64,000 bases of DNA from the IMG/VR virus record IMGVR_UViG_3300023240_000010, one strand, 5' to 3'. Below are positions 54,902 to 64,000 of this stretch, piece by piece. This DNA is from a virus. Both the position numbers and the translations under genes were made by a program. Position 1 is the stretch's first letter; each line of letters begins with the position of its first letter. The notes beneath the pieces were generated by a model. That model saw only the letters and a program-made list of their open reading frames with translations, was not told where the DNA came from and did no database searches.

Positions 54902-55241
54902 TAATTACCTTTTGCTCTTCGGCATTCTTAATCAGCATTCGCTGTAAGTCTGTTGTACTGCCAATGAATACATTATTATTAGTAACAGTACTAGGTGCGT
55001 CTAAAGCGGGTTTAGTAGTTGCGGTGACTTCCTTATACTTCTTATTCAAGTCCATCAACTTATCATTAACATCAGATATGTTTTTAATCATGCCAGAAAG
55101 AACTTCGAATGCCCGAGGATGTTCACTCTCACGAGCAACTTCAATCATCAACTCTAAAGACTCACGACCTTTCTCAATCAGATCGTTGTATGTGTCACGA
55201 GAGGTGTTATAGTCTGCATCAATGTTATCATGTTCTGCCAT
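54876..55241 (-). CDS. 16: terminase small subunit gp16
   Basis: DY..SR.....LI.KG, A..SEHPRAFEV, TNNN.FIGST.DLQ..L. Confidence 0.93.
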   Translation of the reverse strand: MAEHDNIDADYNTSRDTYNDLIEKGRESLELMIEVARESEHPRAFEVLSGMIKNISDVNDKLMDLNKKYKEVTATTKPALDAPSTVTNNNVFIGSTTDLQRMLIKNAEEQKVINVVPDEPQ

Positions 55242-55244
55242 ATA

Positions 55245-55472
55245 TTATCTCTTTCGCTCAGACATTTGTTGTGCCCAAGTCAATTCTTCGATGAGTCGAT
55301 TATACCACGCTATGTCATATGTATCTGTATTCTTATCTCGCTCTTCAGCAAGTTGTTCAATACGGACATCGACATATTTCTGCTTGGCGATACTCAATTC
55401 TTCGTTTGCTTTATCCCAGAATTTCTTATCTATTTCAGTTGTATCAAGTTGGAACGACATCTCTGCTTTCAT
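55245..55472 (-). CDS. conserved hypothetical protein
   Basis: Y...RI.QL..ER.K....YD..WYNRLI.EL.WAQ. Confidence 0.6.
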   Translation of the reverse strand: MKAEMSFQLDTTEIDKKFWDKANEELSIAKQKYVDVRIEQLAEERDKNTDTYDIAWYNRLIEELTWAQQMSERKR

Positions 55473-56337
55473 ATCCTTTTACCATCACCGGTACACCGGT
55501 AGTACCATTAAATACAACACCCCAAACAAGAACACGAGTAGCATCAACACCTTCGGGTATCGGATAATCTAAATCATGTTCAGTACAATATGCTTGCACA
55601 TCTTGCCAATACGCATCGAAAAACATATCGTTCATGTTATCTATAATGCCATCTTCGTTGTGTATTCTAGCATAATATACACTACGTTGGTCACTCACCT
55701 CGGGAGGATAGGTGACTGAAGGTATTCTATTTCGGTGAACAATCTTCATTGACACAGTGTCATCATCAAGGTTAAACTTGTAACCGAACCAAGGCATCAA
55801 CATTGTATATACGTTTAAGTCTACATTGTATCTTGAATGTGGAGGTCGTCTATGTACGTATTGATTAACATTAGCAAAATCCGTTGCTGGATCAGTGAAC
55901 ATCTCCATATCATAGAAACTGATTGACGATGCCGCAGTATATGGTGGTCTATATGGACCGTAACTGCCTACCACATTCAAATTAGAGGTTTCAAGATCAT
56001 ATGCGGGGAAACGTGCCTCAATAATACCAACAAGTTCTTGACCTTCAGTTTCATGAATTAAATAATCTACTCTTTTTATTTGACCATTAACATACACGTT
56101 AGAGGCAGGGTTGTCACCGCTAGGAATCTGTTCTCTATAAGAAGTCCAGATTTCATGTTTAATAAATTCATTAAGAGATGTATATGAATCTTCGTAATTT
56201 ATAGTGCCGTCTGCATTCAATATCGCAGGAGCATTCATAATCAAATTGCCTGAAGAATCATTAACATACACTCGCCAAATGTGTGTTTCGACTGGATCTC
56301 GCTCGTATACTAAATCATTTACATCTATATTATTCAT
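55444..56337 (-). CDS. hypothetical protein (possible fibre/baseplate-associated)
   Basis: long ORF directly downstream of giant structural gene. Confidence 0.65.
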   Translation of the reverse strand: MNNIDVNDLVYERDPVETHIWRVYVNDSSGNLIMNAPAILNADGTINYEDSYTSLNEFIKHEIWTSYREQIPSGDNPASNVYVNGQIKRVDYLIHETEGQELVGIIEARFPAYDLETSNLNVVGSYGPYRPPYTAASSISFYDMEMFTDPATDFANVNQYVHRRPPHSRYNVDLNVYTMLMPWFGYKFNLDDDTVSMKIVHRNRIPSVTYPPEVSDQRSVYYARIHNEDGIIDNMNDMFFDAYWQDVQAYCTEHDLDYPIPEGVDATRVLVWGVVFNGTTGVPVMVKGYESRDVVPT

Positions 56338-56339
56338 AA

Positions 56340-59300
56340 TTAAATTCCGTTAAAAGTGCTGGTGTAGGCACTAACACTAGATCGATAGTTATATGTCAAA
56401 ACCGTTGTGCCTGTACCAAGAGTTCCATTATATTCTTTAATAGTTACTGTTACCCATCTTGAATTAACGACAAGAGCATCTTGGCCGCCTGACGGTGTTG
56501 TCTGAGCAATATGTCGATAATAGTGTACACCACTTTGTGTAGATGTTCCAACCACCCACCATTGAGTCGAAGTATTGTCCCATGCGGCAACTTCTACACC
56601 ATTCACATAACGCTGTCCATAGACGTATGAATAACCACTTGAACCACCAGTTTGTTGATTAGGTACAGTCGGAATAGTTCTTTGTGAATCATTATAAAAT
56701 CTAACATTCATCTGGTAATTTGAACCAATGTAATCGGATCTCGCCGCGATAGGAAGAATCCAGTTATCATCATACTCTGGATCACCAAAATCTTCATAAA
56801 TAGTACCGCCCGATGCATAATGTGGTTGAAAATTCTTCCATACAATTCCTTGACCAGTATGATTGTACTCAGTCATTAGAGTTGTAGTTTGCGGATTTCC
56901 GTTTAAATTAAAGAAACTTGCCTCAAGTACATCGTTAGTATTGTATTCTAAATTTACAGTTACTGGAGTAGTATCTGCAATAGTAACTGTTGCAGCAGTA
57001 GCAAGTCCAAGATTGGCGCCAAGATATTCATTATACGAAAATTCGTTATTGAAGACTCTAATATTCCAGACATCATCGAAATGATCACTATTCACCAGTG
57101 TTGCTAAATTAAAGGTACCCGCATTGCTTGATACTGCTACAGTGCCATATAGTTCGGTCGCATCGCCCCAATCCGCCGGGAAAGCAAACTTTATATGTTC
57201 GCCTGTAACTGTCGCTCTAGTTGTAGGTTCTGACATTGTGACATAACCAGCAGTGCCGCTAGTATTGATTATACTAGTGATTGTACCCGGTAGGGCAGCG
57301 TCATCAGTTGACATTCCTACTTGTAAATCTAAACCAGAATTTGAAGGACCTTGGTGATCGATCTGTGAGGTGCCCGCACTTCGACCATTTGGACAGTCAA
57401 GTGTTTTAATTATTGCAGGATCATGCCAGTAGTATGTGCCCGGAGGAATATTAGATCCTCCAATAGTGTATATTATCGTAGAACCTTCTTGACCAGTCGT
57501 AGCATTAGGAGTAACTGTCATTGCTGGTGCTTGATCGACTAGATTGAATGTTGTAGATGCTATTACTGTGCCGGATGCGGACGCATAACCACCACGTGAA
57601 ACAGTAATTCCACCGACTGAAGTGCCTTGATATGTAGTACTAGAAGTTGTACTCAGAAATATATTTCGAGTTGCGGAACTACTAGATGATGCAAGTTGTT
57701 GCGTAGGTATTCTACCAATTACTGCGGATCCAGTAACCTCGATATACAGTGTCTCGCTGTTTGGACTAGTTTGGTTAGTCGCAGAAATCACTATATTCAG
57801 AGTGCTGCCTTCAACAGGACTATTAGATGTAACGGAATAGTTTGTTACGGACGTATCAGTTACAGTGACAGTTCCACTAGACACAACAGGAGGTACGCTT
57901 GAATTGTTAGAATCAGAAACAAGAACACTGAATGATTCTGTGCCCTCGGTGAGCGCATCATTAAGCAAAGCGACAGCAATAGTACCAGTACCGCCAGTCA
58001 CAACCAACGAACTTCTATTGGTGTTTGAACCTATCGCACTAGAAAAGTCTGCCGCTTGTATCGAACTGCCTGTAGGAATCCACCAATAGTATGTTCCGTC
58101 TGGTTGATTAGTCGTGAATGTGAATGTAACTTGACTACCTTCATTCGCAGAAGATGTACTAGGCGATAAAGCATATGAAGTGTTAGTACCTTGTATCACG
58201 TAAGACAGTGACGCTAACAGATTACCACCCGTCTGAGCATCATATAGACGCGCAGTGAATGATTCATCCTCAACTTCAGAATCAGAAGCAACAGTAATCT
58301 GAAAGACAGTATCGCCTGGATCACTAATAGCAGTTGATGAACGTGAACCTGTCTGCGGAGGTGTTGTTGTGAAATCTGCATCTACAGTTGTACCGTGAAG
58401 TATTTCAAACCATACAGTAGTAGGATCAGGAATATTTGTTCCGTCTACTGAGAAAGTGATTGTAGTACCTTCGACCGCGAACTCTGGACTAGAATTCATA
58501 CCCCATGTAGGCGCAACGTCTGTCATCACAAAGGTTGTTGTTGTAGTAGCATTAGATACGTTATTAGTTATACTGACAGTAGGAGTTACAGTTCCTTGAT
58601 ATAAATCACTAACAGTAGTAGGTATAACTTTAGTGAATACTCCATTGCCTTCTGCGGGTACAGTAAATGTCTCCGTCAGAGGAGAAATTCTTCCATCAGC
58701 ATTAGTAATAGTGTAAGTTAAAGAATCACCAGTCTCTGATGTGTTTACTGTGATAGCAAGAACAAGTGAGTTGCCTTCTACAATATCTTCTGCTGAAACT
58801 GTGAATGCACTCGCTACTTGTTGTACGGAAACTGTTGTTGTTGCCACTGTTGTCTGATTCACATCTCTGATATTAACAGTAAACTCTTCGTCATCATCGG
58901 ATGCCTGATCGATAACAGTTTTAAGTGAGAACGAACCGGTGCTACCTGATATAGTTACCAAAGACAACGCACTCTGAAGATCAGCAACTTGCTGTGGAGC
59001 AACTGTGAAATCAGCATCGTTGGTGTCGCCATGAACTACATGATAGTATAGTTCGGTAGATCCGTCATAAGGTACATTTGATCCGTTGACTGTGAATGTT
59101 ATCACATCACCTTCATTAGGCGTAGCAGAACTGGGTGTTAAAGTATATGAAGGCGCAGAGTTATTAATAGTAATAATAGCACTTTCTAAGTTTCTACCAT
59201 CTCGATCAATTACTTTCAGCGTGTAGTTGTCGCTAGAAGAACCGGCAGCATCACTATCAATCCAACTTCTTAATGTGAAAGTTGCAGTAGAATTGTTGAC

Positions 59301-60194
59301 GTTTATTAATCGAGGACCAGCACTATCACCAAACAATGGTATTTTACTGGTGATTGCGGGCAAATTAGAATATGCAGGTGTTATGAATGCATTGAGTGGA
59401 AAGTCTGAGTCAGTAGTTGAACCATGCTCGACATACGCATACACAGCGTCAATGCCTTCGGGTATATTATTACCAGTCAGTGTGAATGTTGTTGTTTCGC
59501 CTTCGTTAGTAGGACCGTCATTGGCGAGTGAGTATGAGATAGAGGTTCTTGCTACTGCACTATCACTGGGTAAATTCATGATACTAAGATCATTAGTGGC
59601 AAGTAGAACTTCGCTGCCGAGATACATTCCTGCAGGATGCACAAACTTCTTAAATACTTCTGACCATTGTGAGATAGGAATACCTACACGAATAAGCAGA
59701 GCATATGTCTGATACAGTTTATCGTCGGTTAAGAAGTTTAGATAGTCCGGACCAATTCGCGATTTTGTGTCAGATACATTAAAGATGTCTTCTTTAGGAT
59801 AAAGAACTTCAGCGTCCAAACCATAGAACGATCTGAAGAACCATTCAATAGCAAACTTAGATCCTTTAGCACGAAACAATGTACTAGAGAAGTTTGCGGC
59901 AGCACGTTTCTCTGCCTCTGATTGTCCAAAACCTTCGAAGTAATTCTCGCCAAGAAGTAACTCATCTTCAATAAAGGAGAGTAGAGTAACGTCTGTCTCG
60001 TTAATGTCACGAGAAGCGAATAGATGATTGAGAAGTTCTGTTGGTTTGTATGTATCTTGCCACTCATAATACTCTTCAAGAAGTTTTATGAATTTAGGAT
60101 AAGCGGAACTAAAATGCTCGGGCAAAACACTTTCAATCTGATCTTTACGCAGATTGACATGTCTTCTTCTCTTGTCGATAAAACCTTTATGCAT
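56340..60194 (-). CDS. giant virion protein: gp7-like baseplate N-terminus plus tandem Calx-beta/Ig-like repeats
   Basis: LPEHF...YPKF..LLE.YYEW, FR.KGS...I..FFR, VHPAG.YL; repeated xEGxxxTFT modules. Confidence 0.7.
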   Translation of the reverse strand: MHKGFIDKRRRHVNLRKDQIESVLPEHFSSAYPKFIKLLEEYYEWQDTYKPTELLNHLFASRDINETDVTLLSFIEDELLLGENYFEGFGQSEAEKRAAANFSSTLFRAKGSKFAIEWFFRSFYGLDAEVLYPKEDIFNVSDTKSRIGPDYLNFLTDDKLYQTYALLIRVGIPISQWSEVFKKFVHPAGMYLGSEVLLATNDLSIMNLPSDSAVARTSISYSLANDGPTNEGETTTFTLTGNNIPEGIDAVYAYVEHGSTTDSDFPLNAFITPAYSNLPAITSKIPLFGDSAGPRLINVNNSTATFTLRSWIDSDAAGSSSDNYTLKVIDRDGRNLESAIITINNSAPSYTLTPSSATPNEGDVITFTVNGSNVPYDGSTELYYHVVHGDTNDADFTVAPQQVADLQSALSLVTISGSTGSFSLKTVIDQASDDDEEFTVNIRDVNQTTVATTTVSVQQVASAFTVSAEDIVEGNSLVLAITVNTSETGDSLTYTITNADGRISPLTETFTVPAEGNGVFTKVIPTTVSDLYQGTVTPTVSITNNVSNATTTTTFVMTDVAPTWGMNSSPEFAVEGTTITFSVDGTNIPDPTTVWFEILHGTTVDADFTTTPPQTGSRSSTAISDPGDTVFQITVASDSEVEDESFTARLYDAQTGGNLLASLSYVIQGTNTSYALSPSTSSANEGSQVTFTFTTNQPDGTYYWWIPTGSSIQAADFSSAIGSNTNRSSLVVTGGTGTIAVALLNDALTEGTESFSVLVSDSNNSSVPPVVSSGTVTVTDTSVTNYSVTSNSPVEGSTLNIVISATNQTSPNSETLYIEVTGSAVIGRIPTQQLASSSSSATRNIFLSTTSSTTYQGTSVGGITVSRGGYASASGTVIASTTFNLVDQAPAMTVTPNATTGQEGSTIIYTIGGSNIPPGTYYWHDPAIIKTLDCPNGRSAGTSQIDHQGPSNSGLDLQVGMSTDDAALPGTITSIINTSGTAGYVTMSEPTTRATVTGEHIKFAFPADWGDATELYGTVAVSSNAGTFNLATLVNSDHFDDVWNIRVFNNEFSYNEYLGANLGLATAATVTIADTTPVTVNLEYNTNDVLEASFFNLNGNPQTTTLMTEYNHTGQGIVWKNFQPHYASGGTIYEDFGDPEYDDNWILPIAARSDYIGSNYQMNVRFYNDSQRTIPTVPNQQTGGSSGYSYVYGQRYVNGVEVAAWDNTSTQWWVVGTSTQSGVHYYRHIAQTTPSGGQDALVVNSRWVTVTIKEYNGTLGTGTTVLTYNYRSSVSAYTSTFNGI

Positions 60195-60856
60195 TATGCA
60201 CCATTTCCACTATTCAGCGTTTTCACTGCTAGTGCTAGTCTATCTATTGCGTCTTTAACATTTGTTGGTGCTGGACTAGTCCATAGTCCTGCACTATCTG
60301 TAGTGTAACCAAGTAAGTTACCTAAACCAGAGTAAGAACCCGCAGTTAAAATATTAGTTTGTGGATTGTAGGATAGTTGAGTATCAGTTCTTGCACTATC
60401 GTCGCCCGCAACAACACTTGTCATTACTGGATATAATGCAGTGATTGTTGAACCAGAAGAATCAACTTTAATCAATTCTGATGTGTGAGATGCTACATAA
60501 GCAACAATCGCTCCTGATGTCGCCAAAGCACTGTCCGTAAGAGATAATCCACCGGCAGAGTCAACTATTGAAGTTGCATATGTGCTATTAACATAATCGC
60601 GCAGAATGCCAAATTTGACTGTACCAGAAGTGGAGATATCACCACCAGCGATAAGTTCGTTAGCGATAGTAAGATCGCCTAATGGAATAACAATACCGCC
60701 ATCAGCAGAATCCCGAATGTTCTTTGCCAGATGTGAAAGCAAGAGTCCTCGGGTAATCTTCTTTGTCGTTCCAGTACTTACATCATTAATAACAATAACA
60801 TCCGAATCGACTGATACTGTTAATACTGGTAGTGCCGATATCTTAATATCTGCCAT
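60194..60856 (-). CDS. virion fibre/structural protein (paralog of 60899..62491)
   Basis: MA..KIS.L N-terminus; shared C-terminal YTTDSAGLW..APT..A..R.A..KTLN..GA. Confidence 0.7.
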   Translation of the reverse strand: MADIKISALPVLTVSVDSDVIVINDVSTGTTKKITRGLLLSHLAKNIRDSADGGIVIPLGDLTIANELIAGGDISTSGTVKFGILRDYVNSTYATSIVDSAGGLSLTDSALATSGAIVAYVASHTSELIKVDSSGSTITALYPVMTSVVAGDDSARTDTQLSYNPQTNILTAGSYSGLGNLLGYTTDSAGLWTSPAPTNVKDAIDRLALAVKTLNSGNGA

Positions 60857-60898
60857 TTCTATTCTTCCTCAAATACTTTCTGTTATTTAGACTTAGTG

Positions 60899-62491
60899 TT
60901 AAGCGCCTACTTGACCGTTTAATGTTTTAAGTAATATCGCAAATCGATTGACTGCTGAGTCAAGAGTTGTGGGTGCCGCACCATTCCATAATCCTGCGCT
61001 ATCTGTAGTATACGCGATACCGGTATTCAATAGATTCTGCAAAGGATTGTATGTTAGATTGAGATCCACGTTAGTGTTATCATTACCAGATGCTGCCGAC
61101 CCAAGATGCACATAGTATGTTGCGCTATCATTGATCGTACTAACTGCTACGTTGGCAGCGTTAGTAGCAGAGAGTGCCGCTACATCTGTTATGTTCGAAC
61201 CATTACCAGCAAGATTTGTAGCAGTTAGTGTATTAGTTGCGGCATCAAATACAATACCACCATCTGTTGACACACTGTCAGAACCCGTCTGAGATGCTTT
61301 CAACATTATATACTGAGTGCCAGTAGTAGGATTAAAGTTAGAGTTAATCTTTGTTGCAGGCACTTCTGTGAGTAGTTTACCTTCACCAGAGAAAGCGCCA
61401 GCAGTTAATAAGTTGCTGAATGGATTGTATAGTATACCCGCATCTGTGTTTACACTATCTACACCAGTCGCACTCTGAACGAATAGAATGGAGTGTGAAG
61501 CATCAACAACAGACGGAAGTACATTCAATGCATTAGCAATACTACCACCACCAGGAATGGGTAAGTTAGTAAGTAAAGAACCATCACCCGCAAATGCAGT
61601 AGAAGACAATCTACCATTCGATGCGTTATATGTTAATGCGGCATTAGCGGCAAGAGTTGCTTGTAATCCAGTCTGAGCAGTACCCATGAAAGGATATAAA
61701 GTTGTCTGGGAGGCGGCAGTAGTAGTAACAATAGTGTCAGCATATTGTGCCTGAACTGCATTACTTGCGTTTGTAGCACTGTCAGCAGCAAGAGCGAATG
61801 TAGCAAGAGCAGAAGTCAAAGAGGACGTGGCGACGGTCGCACTATCTGCATTAACTGCACGAGTTGCAAGTAGAGCGAATAAAGCACTTGCTGCCGTTGT
61901 AGCACTGTCAGCATATAGAGCATGAGTCGCTTCGGTAGCAAAGTTTGCACTATCAGCATTTGTCGCACTATCAGCAAGAACACCTGTCAACAGCGAACCG
62001 TCACCAGCAAAGAAAGGAGAAGTTAATACACCTGTATTTGGGTTAGATGTTAAGTTACTCTGAGTATGTACGCTGTCTAGTCCAGTCGCACTGTTGCGAA
62101 TCATTAGAAAATATGGATTAGCATCTGTGCCTGCATCAACAGCATTAACAACCTGATCGTTAGTAGGCAAGTTCGTTAGTGCAGAACCATCACCTTCGAA
62201 TGATAGTGCTTTAAGATTTCCTGTCGAGGCATCATAAGTAAGAGAACCACTCGATCGAACTGAATCATATGAATCATCAGGACCATTACCGAAGAACACT
62301 TTCGTCTCAGTAGAACTTACATCGTTAGTAACCAATACAGTGTTTGATTGGTTAGCAGTTTGTCCGAGGAGTAAGTCACTCGCTTTGATCTGCTTAGTAA
62401 GGTTAGTACTAACATCCACTATGATTAGAACGTCATCGTTCGCCGGTGCTCCGACTGCCGAGTCTAAATCTGTTATCTTTACGCCTGCCAT
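60899..62491 (-). CDS. tail fibre-like protein with ADSAT and FxGDGSxLT repeats
   Basis: repeated L.YN....L....F.GDGS.LT modules; Ala/Thr-rich ADSAT stretch; late promoter 62530-62523. Confidence 0.75.
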   Translation of the reverse strand: MAGVKITDLDSAVGAPANDDVLIIVDVSTNLTKQIKASDLLLGQTANQSNTVLVTNDVSSTETKVFFGNGPDDSYDSVRSSGSLTYDASTGNLKALSFEGDGSALTNLPTNDQVVNAVDAGTDANPYFLMIRNSATGLDSVHTQSNLTSNPNTGVLTSPFFAGDGSLLTGVLADSATNADSANFATEATHALYADSATTAASALFALLATRAVNADSATVATSSLTSALATFALAADSATNASNAVQAQYADTIVTTTAASQTTLYPFMGTAQTGLQATLAANAALTYNASNGRLSSTAFAGDGSLLTNLPIPGGGSIANALNVLPSVVDASHSILFVQSATGVDSVNTDAGILYNPFSNLLTAGAFSGEGKLLTEVPATKINSNFNPTTGTQYIMLKASQTGSDSVSTDGGIVFDAATNTLTATNLAGNGSNITDVAALSATNAANVAVSTINDSATYYVHLGSAASGNDNTNVDLNLTYNPLQNLLNTGIAYTTDSAGLWNGAAPTTLDSAVNRFAILLKTLNGQVGA

Positions 62492-62535
62492 TGTTATTCC
62501 TCAGAATATGTTTCTATAATTCTATTTATAGTGTT

Positions 62536-63825
62536 TTACGTCACAGTTATTGTAACTGTTGCAGTTTCTGTCTGTCCCGTATTGGGTGTTACTCTGTATG
62601 TAAATATATCAACTCCTGCAAAACCACTAGTAGGAGTATAACGAATTATTCCGTTCGCTGAATCTGTTATCAATACTGTACCATTAACTGGTGCTCCACC
62701 TGCAGGTATTGTGTATACAATAGAACTAGATTCGAACGTATCGTTAGCACCCGCATCAATGTCAATATACAATGCATCACCAGTGTTAATTGATGCAGTG
62801 ACATTAATAGCATCATCAACAGCATTAGTTACTGAAACGCTGATAGTTTGATCGAACTTTGTTCCGTCTGCCATATTCACAGAAAGTACGAATGAGTCAG
62901 AACCCGAGAAGTCTGGATTAGGAGTATATGTCCAATTACCAGTGGCGTTGTTTGCACCTGTTCGTGTTGTAATAGATGTGCCGAGACTTGCAGTTGCAGT
63001 ACCGTTTGTCGGAGCAGTGCCTATAGTAAATGTGTTGACTTTGCTTTGAGCATTAGTAATCTTAAATGCTGTTAGTATGTTGCCGCCATCTTCATTCAAT
63101 AGTGTGCCGCTTGTGCCTGTTACGACATTGCCTACTACGGATGTAGTGAACAAGTCATTTCCATCTAAGTCTTTGACACCAATATCAGCACTTGTTATAA
63201 TAGCACCTGTTGCCGCAACACCCTTATACAAACTAATCTTCATTTCGAAATCAAGTGTATATATGATTGAACGTCTGTTCTCTATCTGACCTTCATAATC
63301 GTCAGAGAATGTTATACCCTGTAATGTTATGGGGGTGTCTTCCTTGACATCGTACTCCGATAAAGGTTTTACTGTTACAGTATACTGTGGTGTGAAATAA
63401 GGTAGAATCTGTTCGATAATTTGTAATACATCATCCTGACTTTTACCATACACGTTCAACTGAAAGTTAACATTATATGGAACAGGTGTGTATAGTTGTG
63501 TTGCTGAACCAGTATAAGTTGTTGGCGCTTTAACACAGTTGTTCATCTTAGGTAATTGTCTTACTGGATCATAGTTCATTGCTACGATTTCGAATGACAT
63601 TCTTGGTAGTTTTAATGCAATCTGTCTTTCGTTTACCTCACCGTTAAGCATGTTGTCCATGCGTGTGAGAAAGTCGCGCTTAGGTGCATATGATAATGGA
63701 ACTTTTACTTGACTAATAACTTCGCCTGCGCTATTCTTACGTATGACATTTATGTTATTAAACAATGAACCAAATACGGCAACTGCTTTTCTAATTCTTT
63801 GATGATAGAAATGTGAACCTAACAT
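62536..63825 (-). CDS. 15: tail terminator gp15 with C-terminal Ig-like (Big_9/cadherin-like) extension
   Basis: FYH..IRK.V..FG.LFN.I, KVPL.YAPK, LPRMSFE, PVPYN, QI.EQILPYF.P; then YTP..F.G.D.F.Y repeats. Confidence 0.9.
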   Translation of the reverse strand: MLGSHFYHQRIRKAVAVFGSLFNNINVIRKNSAGEVISQVKVPLSYAPKRDFLTRMDNMLNGEVNERQIALKLPRMSFEIVAMNYDPVRQLPKMNNCVKAPTTYTGSATQLYTPVPYNVNFQLNVYGKSQDDVLQIIEQILPYFTPQYTVTVKPLSEYDVKEDTPITLQGITFSDDYEGQIENRRSIIYTLDFEMKISLYKGVAATGAIITSADIGVKDLDGNDLFTTSVVGNVVTGTSGTLLNEDGGNILTAFKITNAQSKVNTFTIGTAPTNGTATASLGTSITTRTGANNATGNWTYTPNPDFSGSDSFVLSVNMADGTKFDQTISVSVTNAVDDAINVTASINTGDALYIDIDAGANDTFESSSIVYTIPAGGAPVNGTVLITDSANGIIRYTPTSGFAGVDIFTYRVTPNTGQTETATVTITVT

Positions 63826-64000
63826 TATACTGGATCTCCGAATGGATTAGACTCAGAGAAGTCAATGAAGTCTGTCGCAACAGTATCAAAGATTGCATTC
63901 TGATTGCCAATTTCTAAGTTCTCGCCTGCAACTGAAGTTGGTGTTTCACTAATTGCAGAAGTCTGTCCTACTACAGGTAACGATGCTGCCCAACTATGAT
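63825..64000 (-). CDS. 14: neck protein gp14, C-terminal fragment
   Basis: ends ...DFIDFSESNPFGDPV*, the conserved gp14 tail, directly upstream of gp15. Confidence 0.85.
   Translation of the reverse strand, partial: HSWAASLPVVGQTSAISETPTSVAGENLEIGNQNAIFDTVATDFIDFSESNPFGDPV

Noticed and set aside
56340-57100. Diversity-generating retroelement targeting the giant protein's tip
   Set aside because: No reverse transcriptase and no template/variable repeat pair seen in this window.
840-63289. All plus-strand ORFs in the ORF track
   Set aside because: They overlap well-supported minus-strand genes, lack RBS or recognisable motifs and look like antisense shadows.

Overview
This is a 64-kb segment of a lytic T4-like (myovirus) phage genome, with essentially all genes on the minus strand. 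Read in transcription order from right to left, it carries: gp14 (partial), gp15, two paralogous fibre-like genes, a giant gp7-like protein, gp16-17-18-19-20, head genes gp21-22-23, gp3, uvsY/uvsW, gp55, gp47/46/45/44/62, regA, hsp20, gp43, uvsX and gp41. About 23 kb of small early/accessory genes follow (MetK, dCMP deaminase, GroES-like, IscA, YbaN, peroxiredoxin, MazG, spanins, nucleases, sugar-nucleotide enzymes). Consensus sigma70 promoters, spanins and the auxiliary genes suggest a Gram-negative, probably aquatic proteobacterial host (inference). The most notable signals are: (1) Asp-Ser-(Ala/Val/Ser/Asp) motifs strongly enriched in virion proteins, together with a dispersed phage-encoded sugar/sulfate/methyl modification toolkit, a candidate virion-decoration system; (2) six early promoters sharing an ATGAAT-N7-ATTCAT palindrome at an invariant distance upstream of the -35 box, inside mosaic repeated cassettes; (3) RNA-level switches: a ROSE-like thermometer on hsp20, a late promoter inside an RBS-sequestering hairpin, terminator/promoter hybrids and a perfect antisense promoter. 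All annotations come from motif recognition by eye; no database searches were run.
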